This document shows, one piece after another, positions 1-9,093 of a stretch of DNA of 63,238 nucleotides (positions within the stretch are counted from its first letter, which is position 1; each line of letters starts with the position of its first letter). This DNA is from Pseudomonadota bacterium (GTDB lineage Bacteria; Pseudomonadota; Alphaproteobacteria; Rhizobiales; CBDHHC01): the NCBI GenBank assembly GCA_039033475.1, contig JBCCCO010000006.1, forward strand, positions 1-63,238, read 5' to 3'. Under the pieces are notes generated by a model, which was given only the letters and a program-made list of their open reading frames with translations, was not told where the DNA came from and made no database searches. Both the position numbers and the translations under genes were made by a program.

Positions 1-438
1 ATATTATAGGATTGTGCCATAGATTTGTCATAGATTTCATCAGGCATCTACGATATTCTGAAGTCACAGGTGAAAATATTAAATAATTCAACACGCTTAC
101 ATTGAAAGTTAATCAAGCGTTGGAATTTACAGCTTACTCTTTAACTTAGTTCGTTGATATAACTTTTTTCACTATTTGAAATATGTGCAAATTACAACGA
201 TTATAATAAAGTTAAAATGTTTTTTTTTAATACATTATGCATCGTGCCAACTTAATTGCACAATTGGAGGTTTAAATGTCGAGGTTATGTGAAAACATAC
301 TTTTAGGCTTTAATTTAAATAAAAATATCTTTATACAGACATAATAATCATAAGATTAAATTCTAATCTATTATCATATATATCAAGGGCCTGTTGACTT
401 TCGTAGTTTTAACAGATGTATTTTATTAAGTTAGTATA

Positions 439-2736
439 ATGGCGATGGACACAGTTAGTGAATTTCTTTCGAATTTGACCCATGATATCCGACATGATTG
501 TGATGATTTAAATTTGCCAGAGGACCTTGTCATTGGCGAACAAATGCATGACTTCATGTCAGAGTTGCAAACTCTTGGCTTTTCTTTGCTGAAGACACTC
601 GATACCCTGTCAATTGATGAAAATGCGCAAAAGCTGCTTGAGAAATATGTTCGTGAAATCAAAAGACAGTCCTGCAAGGTTGCCGTCATAGGGCAAATGA
701 AGGCTGGTAAGAGTTCTTTTATTAATGCTCTCATAGGCCATGAGAATCTTCTCCCTTCAGATGTTAATCCATGGACAACAGTTGTTACCCGTCTGCATTT
801 TGGTATTTCTGGTATGCCTGAGGAGGGCGCCGAATTTAGTTTTTTTGATGAAAACTTGTGGCTTCAAATAGCCCAAGGGGATACCAAACTTAGATCCCTT
901 GTTGAACGTTTTCTGCCCGGCTTTGAAAGTGCGCGATTGACAGAGCAACTTGAAGAAATGCGCACCCAGGCCGAACGCCGACTTGGGCCGCAATTTCATG
1001 ATTTGCTTGGTCATAGCCACTGGTTTGACCGCATCACGCCTGATGTAATAAAGCGCTATGTGTGCGCTGGTTCTGTTTGGAACGCACAGAGTGATCAATC
1101 TGCTGTGGGCCGCTTTTCTGATATTACTGAAACAGCCGATATTTATTTTGGCCGACCTCCCTTTGCCTTTCCAACTACGATAACAGATACACCTGGTACA
1201 AATGATCCGTTTTTTGTGCGGGATGAAATCACGTTTCGAAATTTGCAAAATGCAGATATTTTTATCGTTGTGCTTACGGCTCAGCAAGCTTTCTCGATTT
1301 CAGACTTGGCTTTGCTGCGTATTTTGCAGGGCTTACAAAAAGATCGTATTATCATTTTTATAAATCGTATTGATCAGCTTGATGATTGGAAGCACGATAG
1401 CCAAGAGATTGTTGAACATGTTAAATATATGCTTCATCGGGAATTTCCAACAATCAATTTCCCTGTGATTGCTGGCAGTGCTCTTTGGGGTAAAATGGCT
1501 TTGCCGGATAAAAAGAATAATCACCTTGCTCCTGATCAAAATGATTTAGATGCCGATGTTAAATCACCGAGCACGATTAAAATTGATACAGGAGAAGTTT
1601 TGACAAGAGATCAGGCCCGTTCTGAGCTTTATTTGTGCTCTGGTATCCCTGAAATAGCAGCAACACTTTCAAAGCTGATGCTTTTAAAGAGTAAGAACCG
1701 TGGTTCTGTAAATAAAATTGCATCTACGTTAAAATTGACATCTGATTCTTTGCTCGCCGTCATGAGTAATAAGTTTCATGCCATTAAATCTGAAATGAAA
1801 CGGCTTGATACGCATGGGGATGTTCCCCGCCTCAATGCACCTGAACTTACTCAAGAACAGATTAGATACCAGGATTTGATCTCAAAATGTACAGCGTTAC
1901 AGCATAGCCATTATCATGAATTGCAACAGATTCAAAAATTTCTGATTGACAGTTTCAGGAAAAAAATGAGCGATATTGTTGTTGCGTTCGCTCAAAAAGA
2001 ATGTGAGAGCCTTGTTGCGACCATGCAAAAACGTAAAAATGGCAAAGTTTGGCGCTGTGACACGACCAAGATACGGCAAAGTTTTGAAGATGAGTTTTTG
2101 GTTGTGTGTCAGAGTGCTGCCAACCACATTAATACGTTACAGGGCCGTATTATAAAACAACTTAGGCTCGTTTTACAGATGGTTTCTGTTCACGTGAATG
2201 ATGATTTCTTAAACTATAAGGATATTTCAGAAGGGCAACCTTATCTTTCCACACTGGCTTTGAAACATAAACTTGCACTTGATCTTGATCAATCCTGGTG
2301 GAAAATGTGGGCCCAAAAGCATAGCTTAGATCATTGGGCACAAGAGCTTGATAAGCTTATTAAAGCAGAATTTTTTCCAATGGTTGAAAGATTGGTGCAA
2401 TCTGCGACATCAGAATTAAAGCAGCGCATGGATGATGCGAATGCCAATCTTATTACAATGGTACAAAGCATCATTAATATTATTGAAGATAAGCTCAGCA
2501 AACTTCGTCACGAGTCTGAAGAACAGAGCAATGCACTTGCTCAATATCAAACTCCGTCTGTTAACACAGGTGTACGTTCTCAAAGACGACTTGAACTTGA
2601 ACAAGAGTTAACTGTTGTACAGAATAAAGTCGTTACTATTGAACGCATTTCAAAAAAACTCAAAGACATTATGAATCAGCACAATAGCCAGATTGAAAAT
2701 GTTCGGCAAAGTTTGGCACAAATCCATTCTCAATAG
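439..2736 (+). CDS. Bacterial dynamin-like GTPase
   Basis: G1 GQMKAGKS, G2 NPWT, G3 DTPG, G4 NRID motifs; long helical/coiled-coil C-terminus; 765 aa. Confidence 0.85.
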   Translation: MAMDTVSEFLSNLTHDIRHDCDDLNLPEDLVIGEQMHDFMSELQTLGFSLLKTLDTLSIDENAQKLLEKYVREIKRQSCKVAVIGQMKAGKSSFINALIGHENLLPSDVNPWTTVVTRLHFGISGMPEEGAEFSFFDENLWLQIAQGDTKLRSLVERFLPGFESARLTEQLEEMRTQAERRLGPQFHDLLGHSHWFDRITPDVIKRYVCAGSVWNAQSDQSAVGRFSDITETADIYFGRPPFAFPTTITDTPGTNDPFFVRDEITFRNLQNADIFIVVLTAQQAFSISDLALLRILQGLQKDRIIIFINRIDQLDDWKHDSQEIVEHVKYMLHREFPTINFPVIAGSALWGKMALPDKKNNHLAPDQNDLDADVKSPSTIKIDTGEVLTRDQARSELYLCSGIPEIAATLSKLMLLKSKNRGSVNKIASTLKLTSDSLLAVMSNKFHAIKSEMKRLDTHGDVPRLNAPELTQEQIRYQDLISKCTALQHSHYHELQQIQKFLIDSFRKKMSDIVVAFAQKECESLVATMQKRKNGKVWRCDTTKIRQSFEDEFLVVCQSAANHINTLQGRIIKQLRLVLQMVSVHVNDDFLNYKDISEGQPYLSTLALKHKLALDLDQSWWKMWAQKHSLDHWAQELDKLIKAEFFPMVERLVQSATSELKQRMDDANANLITMVQSIINIIEDKLSKLRHESEEQSNALAQYQTPSVNTGVRSQRRLELEQELTVVQNKVVTIERISKKLKDIMNQHNSQIENVRQSLAQIHSQ

Positions 2737-2758
2737 AGCATAGTGTGAACCACCATTG

Positions 2759-4891
2759 TTACACTTGAGCGATCGTTTTGAGTTTTGCTAATGGGTGAAT
2801 TTCATTTTGTGACAGCACCGTTGTCTGTGCTCTGAAACGCTCAATGATTGTGCGAACAAATGGACGAATACCTGGACTTGTGAGCAAGACAGGCACCTCT
2901 CCCATAGCGCCAGCTTGCTCGAACCCAGTTCTTACGGCCTGAATAAATTCCTGCAATTTGCTTGGCGCCATTGCAAGCTGGCGGTCTTCACCTTCACCGA
3001 CCAGAGCTTCAGCAAAGGCCTGTTCCCATGCCGGAGTTAGTGTAATTAACGGAAGATATCCATTTGGAGACGTGTATGCGGCACAAATTTGCCTCGCCAA
3101 ACGTGAACGGACATGCTCTGTGATGGATTGGATATTTTGGGTTAGGGTTGAGGATTCAGATAGCCCTTCTAAGATAGTCGGTAGGTCTCTTATGGAGATA
3201 CGCTCTGAGACAAGGCGTTGTAGCACACGTTGCAGTGTTGTAATGCTAACCTGGTTGGGGATCACATCGTCTTTTAATTTTTTATATTGCTCAGGCAATT
3301 TATCGAGCAGTTTTTGCACCTCTGCATAAGACATCAGATCGGCCATATTTGATTTTAGAATTTCTGTTAAGTGCGTCGAAATAACTGTGACTGGATCAAC
3401 AACCGTATAGCCTTTAAGAGAGGCCTCTTCTTTTAAGTTTTGCTCAATCCAAGTGGCTGGCAATCCGAAGGTTGGTTCAGTAGTGTGAACACCTGGGAGT
3501 TCGATTTGTTTGCCTTGTGGATCCATAATCATAAATTGTCCTGGATATACAACCCCATCTCCTGATTCAACTTCCTTGACTTTGATGACGTATTTGTTCG
3601 CCTCTAGTTGCATATTATCGAGAATACGAACTGATGGCATAATAAAGCCCATATCTGAGGCCAGTTGCCGCCTTAAGGCTTTGATTTGTTCTGTGAGCTT
3701 ATCTGAATCGCCTGTGGGGTCATTGATCAAAGCCAGTAAAGAATAGCCCATTTCCAAACGCAACTCATCCATGTAGAGAGCCGTGGAGATGGGCTCTTCT
3801 TTTGGTGCTTCTTCTTTTTCTTGTTCGATTTGTTGCGCTGTTTCTTCTGCTTTTTGTTGGCTTTGGGAATTATGAACACGCCAGGCAAGCCATCCTGATA
3901 GTGCTGAAAGGGATAGAAACGGAATTATAGGAATTCCTGGCAATGTTGCCATGATGAGCATAACAAAAGATGACATCCCTAATACTTTTGGATGTCTTGA
4001 GAATTGGTTAAACAATGCTTTTTCTGCTGCGCCGTCAACACCTGCTTTGGAAACCAAAAGGCCTGCGGCTGTTGAGACAATAAGCGCTGGAATTTGGCTG
4101 ACTAATCCGTCTCCAACAGTGAGCAAGGTATAGGTTTGTCCAGCATCTACAAGACTTAAATTATTTTGTCCCATGCCAATAATCATACCGCCGATAACAT
4201 TAATAAAAGTAATCAGAAGTCCTGCTATGGCATCTCCGCGTACAAATTTTGAGGCGCCATCCATGGCACCATAAAATGAAGATTCATCTTCGAGCTTCTT
4301 TCGTCTGACCCGTGCTTCTTCTTCATTGATCAGGCCTGCTGATAAGTCTGCATCAATTGCCATTTGCTTGCCTGGCATTGCATCCAGGGTGAAACGTGCT
4401 GCAACCTCAGCGATACGTCCAGAGCCTTTGGTAATGACAATAAAGTTCACCAAAACCAATATGGCAAATACTATGATGCCGATAATAAAATTGCCCTGCA
4501 TTACAAAATTACCAAATGCCTGGATTACGCTTCCTGCCGCATCGGTTCCTTGGTGACCATAGGTCAAAATCAGCCGTGTTGAGGCTAAATTTAGGGCTAA
4601 GCGCATCATGGTAGCGATCAATAGAACGGTAGGGAATGCAGAAAATTCAAGAGCAGAATGAATAAACAGAGCCGTCATTAATATCATGACTGAAAAAATG
4701 ATTGAGATGGCCAGCAAAAAATCCAGTACAATTGCCGGCATCGGCATAATCAAAACAACTAAAATAGCGATAACGCCAAGTGCCAACCCAATATCACTGC
4801 GTTTTGCAAAGTCAAAGGCTTCGCTTAGATTTGAAATATCTTTTATGGAGTTGTCTGGCAAATTATTGCCGGTGTTATCTATGTTGCTCAT
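2759..4891 (-). CDS. flhA: Flagellar export gate protein FlhA
   Basis: FHIPEP motif RIAEVAARFTLDAMPGKQMAIDADL, N-terminal TM helices, flagellar context. Confidence 0.98.
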   Translation of the reverse strand: MSNIDNTGNNLPDNSIKDISNLSEAFDFAKRSDIGLALGVIAILVVLIMPMPAIVLDFLLAISIIFSVMILMTALFIHSALEFSAFPTVLLIATMMRLALNLASTRLILTYGHQGTDAAGSVIQAFGNFVMQGNFIIGIIVFAILVLVNFIVITKGSGRIAEVAARFTLDAMPGKQMAIDADLSAGLINEEEARVRRKKLEDESSFYGAMDGASKFVRGDAIAGLLITFINVIGGMIIGMGQNNLSLVDAGQTYTLLTVGDGLVSQIPALIVSTAAGLLVSKAGVDGAAEKALFNQFSRHPKVLGMSSFVMLIMATLPGIPIIPFLSLSALSGWLAWRVHNSQSQQKAEETAQQIEQEKEEAPKEEPISTALYMDELRLEMGYSLLALINDPTGDSDKLTEQIKALRRQLASDMGFIMPSVRILDNMQLEANKYVIKVKEVESGDGVVYPGQFMIMDPQGKQIELPGVHTTEPTFGLPATWIEQNLKEEASLKGYTVVDPVTVISTHLTEILKSNMADLMSYAEVQKLLDKLPEQYKKLKDDVIPNQVSITTLQRVLQRLVSERISIRDLPTILEGLSESSTLTQNIQSITEHVRSRLARQICAAYTSPNGYLPLITLTPAWEQAFAEALVGEGEDRQLAMAPSKLQEFIQAVRTGFEQAGAMGEVPVLLTSPGIRPFVRTIIERFRAQTTVLSQNEIHPLAKLKTIAQV

Positions 4892-4931
4892 TGTTTCTTT
4901 ATTTTGGTTTGTTTCTTTTTTTAACTCTGAC

Positions 4932-6302
4932 CTACATCACATTTCTGACTTCGCCAGGTATCGGAACTTGCAACCCCTCATCAGAGTATTGTTTGAGTTT
5001 ATTGCGCAATGTGCGAATAGAAATCCCCAAGATATTTGCTGCGTGGGTTCGGTTGCCCAAACAGTGGTCCAGTGTATCGAGAATAAGATAGCGTTCGACC
5101 TCTGCTACGGTTTTACCGACAAGATTTTGCGTCATAGCGTCTGCTGTATGCGCGGCAATACTCTCTGGACTTGATGGATCAAATTGATGTGTTTGCATGG
5201 TGCTTTCTGATAAATCGATGGCTTCGGGAAGAATATAATCCCCGGTCGTTAAAATAACAGCGCGATGAATGGTATTTTCTAACTCGCGCACGTTTCCTGA
5301 CCAGGCGTTTGACAACAACAGTTGTTTCGCATTCTCAGAGAGTGACTTATTAGATAAGCCGTTGGCTTTGGTATATTTGCGAATAAAATATTCTGCCAAT
5401 TCTATGATATCTGCCGGACGTTCTCTTAAAGGGGGAATGCGCAAATTTACAACGTTTAAACGATAGAGCAAATCTTCGCGAAATGTTCCTTCTTTGACAG
5501 ATGCCTTTAAATTCCGATTAGATGTCGCAATGATGCGAATATCAACGGGAATAGGCTTTGTACCGCCTACACGATCAATTACACGCTCTTGAATAGCTCT
5601 TAGCAATTTGGCTTGCAAGCGCACATCCATTTCTGAAATTTCATCCAGTAATAAAGTTCCGCCGTTTGCTTCTTCGAACTTTCCTATTCTTCTAGCAATA
5701 GCCCCTGTGAACGCCCCCTTTTCATGGCCAAATAGTTCTGATTCAAGGAGGTTCTCTGGTATCGCCGCACAATTGAGAGAAATAAAAACTTTTTCAGCTC
5801 GCTTTGATTTTTGATGAACATATTTTGCGATGACTTCCTTACCAGTTCCAGATTCACCCGTAATTAATATACTTGCATCTGATGTTGCAACCTGGTCTGC
5901 AAGCTTAATGACTTCTGCCATTTTTTTGTCTTTGAAAATAAAACTCTGTGTATCATTGGATACAGCTTGCAGAATGGCAGCAATTAGCTCTGGGTCTGGA
6001 GGCAGGGGAATATACTCTTTAGCGCCAGCTTGTATTGCAGAAACTGCTAACTTGCTATCATGCTCAACACCGCAGGCTACCAATGGAATGTGAATATGCT
6101 CTGCTTCTAACGCTTCGATTAGTTGGCTGATATCATGAGTGACTTCCATCATGATTAAATCAGCGCCTTTTCCTGAACGGAGGTCTTTTAATGCCACATC
6201 CAGATCTGGCGCATGGGTGACTTTTGCGCCTCGATCAATGGCAATTTTACTCGCTGTTGTTAGATTTCCGCCAAGACTTCCCACGATCATCAGTCGCATC
6301 AT
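4932..6302 (-). CDS. flbD: Sigma54-dependent flagellar activator FlbD (receiver-AAA+-Fis HTH)
   Basis: GESGTGKE, GAFTGA, GNVRELEN, C-terminal HTH GNRTHAANILGIS; lies between fliN and flhA as in Caulobacter. Confidence 0.93.
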   Translation of the reverse strand: MMRLMIVGSLGGNLTTASKIAIDRGAKVTHAPDLDVALKDLRSGKGADLIMMEVTHDISQLIEALEAEHIHIPLVACGVEHDSKLAVSAIQAGAKEYIPLPPDPELIAAILQAVSNDTQSFIFKDKKMAEVIKLADQVATSDASILITGESGTGKEVIAKYVHQKSKRAEKVFISLNCAAIPENLLESELFGHEKGAFTGAIARRIGKFEEANGGTLLLDEISEMDVRLQAKLLRAIQERVIDRVGGTKPIPVDIRIIATSNRNLKASVKEGTFREDLLYRLNVVNLRIPPLRERPADIIELAEYFIRKYTKANGLSNKSLSENAKQLLLSNAWSGNVRELENTIHRAVILTTGDYILPEAIDLSESTMQTHQFDPSSPESIAAHTADAMTQNLVGKTVAEVERYLILDTLDHCLGNRTHAANILGISIRTLRNKLKQYSDEGLQVPIPGEVRNVM

Positions 6303-6435
6303 GCTCTCCTGAAATTTTATTTATCTCAAATGTACTGAACGCTTCTGTATTCGTTACTACCTTACACTTTTGCAAAGTGCGAAATTTTTCCACCTTAAGA
6401 TGAATTCACTTAAAGCGGGATTGCTCAACAAGCCC

Positions 6436-6540
6436 TAAAGCATGTCAACTTCGGCTACGCCTCATTTTACAAGCTGTAGTCTTTTTAAAACGAGCAATTT
6501 TACAACCTGAATTGAATTCAATTCAGGTTGAATCGCTCTA
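6436..6540. repeat. Family-A ~105-bp palindromic intergenic element, copy 1 (fliN-flbD)
   Basis: TAAAGCATGTCAACTTCGGCTACGCCTC...GCTGTAGTCTTTTTAAAACGAGCAATTTTA-CAACCTGAATTGAATTCAATTCAGGTTG-AATCGCTCTA; terminal CTA is the fliN TAG stop. Confidence 0.93.
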
Positions 6541-6894
6541 TTGCCCCCGTTCTGACTTAATAATTTCTGTCATGGTTACGCCTAGACGGTCATCAACCAA
6601 CACAACTTCTCCACGTGCAATCAGCCTGTTATTGACGTAAATATCAATTGCCTCACCAACTTTCCGGTCGATTTCAACCACATCACCAGAATCCAGTCGT
6701 AATAAATCACTAACTTCCATGTAAGTTCTGCCTAGAACTGCGGATATATTGACTGGAATTTCAAAAACAGCTTCTAAGTCTTGAGCATTTTTTTGAACGC
6801 TTTCATCCTCGAACAGCTTATCAATGTCATCTTCACTTTGTTCTGAGGTAAAATCATCAAGGTCTAGATCACTGTTTTTGGTTTCGTCAGTCAT
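6538..6894 (-). CDS. fliN: Flagellar motor switch protein FliN
   Basis: SpoA-type domain (IPVNISAVLG...LIARGEVVLVDDRLGV); GGAGG RBS favours the third Met. Confidence 0.95.
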   Translation of the reverse strand: MTDETKNSDLDLDDFTSEQSEDDIDKLFEDESVQKNAQDLEAVFEIPVNISAVLGRTYMEVSDLLRLDSGDVVEIDRKVGEAIDIYVNNRLIARGEVVLVDDRLGVTMTEIIKSERGQ

Positions 6895-7840
6895 CATCAT
6901 CCTCCGAAATTAAATTTTCAATTTGCATGTAACTGGGAGCGTTTGACTGGTCATTAATATCATAGTCTCCATCGGTCTCGCCCCTTTCTTGTGCGAACTC
7001 ATTTAAGATTTCATCTTCTTGCTCTTCATCCTGACGATTATAGCCTGTTTCATCTGGATTTTGCTTCTGCTGTGGTTCTGAAGGATCTTTCCGCTCTTGT
7101 TCTCGTTTCTGTTCTGGCTCTGAACTCTTTTTTGGTTCAATGTTATTATCCTCCTCAATAGATGGCTCTTCATTTTCAGGAGGCATAAGAGCTTTTTTGT
7201 CATTTTCATTTAAGGCCAAATAGTTTTCAATACTCTGGGTTACAGCTTGTTTGATCTTCTCTTGATCTTTTGATACTCCTCCTTGAGACCATTCAAAACA
7301 CCAATCACCATGAGGCATATCCGCTTGGCCTAGAATTGAAATATTTCCTTTATAGTTGTGCTGTTCAGCAACTCTTGTGAGACGTTGTTCTGTTTCGGTT
7401 GTTAGCTCTTCTGGGACAGATATAAGAATTTTCGGCTCAGTCTGAATGAAACTGAGTGTTTCTACAAAAAAGCTCTCAAGTGCATTTGTAGGTTCACGCT
7501 TTATTAATTCGCCTGCGAGTTTCTCTGCAATGGAGACTCCAAGATTGATTGTTTGAGTACGAAAATCTTTGATTTTTTCATCAAACTGATTTGTCATTTT
7601 TTCAGAGTTTGAGATGATATTCTGTAGTGCTTTGTTTATTTCAGCTTCCAAGCTTTCGCGCGCTTTTTCTTGTCCTTCCTGAAAACCATTTTGATAGGCT
7701 TTCTGTTTTTCGTCTTCAAGTTTAACCGAGAAGTCGGCTTGCAATTTTTCCTCAATCTTCATTTCGATGTCTTCTGGTTCAGGTTCCACAACCCGATCAT
7801 CAAAATTATCATTGAATAAAAATTTAATTGGCTTGGTCAT
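6887..7840 (-). CDS. fliH: Flagellar assembly protein FliH with acidic C-terminal extension
   Basis: N-terminal KFLFNDNFD, AYQNGFQEGQEKA GxxxG repeats, position between fliG and fliN. Confidence 0.85.
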   Translation of the reverse strand: MTKPIKFLFNDNFDDRVVEPEPEDIEMKIEEKLQADFSVKLEDEKQKAYQNGFQEGQEKARESLEAEINKALQNIISNSEKMTNQFDEKIKDFRTQTINLGVSIAEKLAGELIKREPTNALESFFVETLSFIQTEPKILISVPEELTTETEQRLTRVAEQHNYKGNISILGQADMPHGDWCFEWSQGGVSKDQEKIKQAVTQSIENYLALNENDKKALMPPENEEPSIEEDNNIEPKKSSEPEQKREQERKDPSEPQQKQNPDETGYNRQDEEQEDEILNEFAQERGETDGDYDINDQSNAPSYMQIENLISEDDDD

Positions 7841-7882
7841 TTTAATTATTTATTTTTCTATAAATATAGATGATAACGCTTC

Positions 7883-7982
7883 TACAGCATGTCAATTTCG
7901 GCTACGCCTCATCTGACAAGCTGTAGTCTTTTTAAAACGAGCAATTTTACAACCTGAATTCAATTCAGGTTGCATCGCTCTA
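7883..7982. repeat. Family-A element, copy 2 (fliG-fliH)
   Basis: Near-identical to copies 1, 3, 5 and 6; 5-bp deletion at the palindrome centre (CAACCTGAATTCAATTCAGGTTG). Confidence 0.93.
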
Positions 7983-8022
7983 GAGCACACCGCGCTTAGA
8001 TGAATTCATTTAACATGCTCTA
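7981..8022. repeat. Short TAGAGCA...TGCTCTA inverted-repeat module abutting copy 2
   Basis: TAGAGCACACCGCGCTTAGATGAATTCATTTAACATGCTCTA; ends on the fliG TAG stop; core resembles CTTAAGATGAATTCACTTAA near 6394. Confidence 0.7.
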
Positions 8023-9093
8023 GTATACTATCTGGTCAGTGCTGCCTGATTGCTGAATAATAATTTCACCTTTGGCAGCAAGATCTTTTGCGGTTGTAAT
8101 CATTTTATTTTGCGCTTCATCGACATCACTCAAACGTACCGGACCCATGGCTTCAAGGTCATCTTTCAACATTTTTCCTGCACGCTCTGACATGTTTGTA
8201 AAAAAGAAATCTCTTACAGAATCAGTGCCGCCTTTCATGGCTAAGGCCAGCATATCTTTTTCGACATAACGTAGCAAAGTCTGACAGCTGCTGTTATCGA
8301 GTTTGAGAAGGTCTTCAAAGGTAAACATAAGGGTTTTAATCTTATCTGCGGACTCTCTATCTTCTTCTTCTAATGCACTTAAGAACTTACCTTCGGTTTG
8401 GCGATCAAAGTTGTTAAAAATTTCAGCCATTAATTCGTGAGCATCGCGCTGGCGTGTTTGCGCAAGATTGGAGATAAACTCATTGCGCAAGGTATGTTCG
8501 ATCTTCTCTAATATTTCTTTTTGAACTGAGTCCATACCTAAAATCCGCTGGACAATTTCAAGAGCGAAATCCTCTGGTAAAATTGAAAGCACCTTAGCTG
8601 CATGATCTGCCTCAATTCTCGATAATATGACAGCAACTGTTTGCGGGTATTCGTTTTTAAGATAGTTAGCTAGGATGTTGGCCTGCACATTAGACAATTT
8701 TTCCCACATGTTACGGCCTGCGGGCCCTCTAATCTCTTCCATAATATTTACCACACGATCTTGGGGAAGAAATTCTAATAGTAGGCGCTCTGTGGAATCA
8801 TAGTTCCCCATAAGGGCACCTGACAGAGACATTTGTGAAATAAATTCAGCAAGAATGTTCTCCATGACTTTTGAATTAATGGTACCCAACTTTGACATCG
8901 CAATGGAAATCTCACCGATTTCATCATCGTCTAACTCTGTCCAGATTGCCGCGCCATACTCTTGCCCAAGTGCAAGCAATAAGGCTGCTGCTCTTTTTGG
9001 GCCTGTTAGAGTATTTGCGTTTTCAACACCACTTTCATCTTGAGAGGGCGTTGCTTGCTGTTGTTCTATTGCTTGTTCTTGCGCTTTTGCCAT
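8020..9093 (-). CDS. fliG: Flagellar motor switch protein FliG
   Basis: [37 protein letters not shown] motifs. Confidence 0.98.
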   Translation of the reverse strand: MAKAQEQAIEQQQATPSQDESGVENANTLTGPKRAAALLLALGQEYGAAIWTELDDDEIGEISIAMSKLGTINSKVMENILAEFISQMSLSGALMGNYDSTERLLLEFLPQDRVVNIMEEIRGPAGRNMWEKLSNVQANILANYLKNEYPQTVAVILSRIEADHAAKVLSILPEDFALEIVQRILGMDSVQKEILEKIEHTLRNEFISNLAQTRQRDAHELMAEIFNNFDRQTEGKFLSALEEEDRESADKIKTLMFTFEDLLKLDNSSCQTLLRYVEKDMLALAMKGGTDSVRDFFFTNMSERAGKMLKDDLEAMGPVRLSDVDEAQNKMITTAKDLAAKGEIIIQQSGSTDQIVY

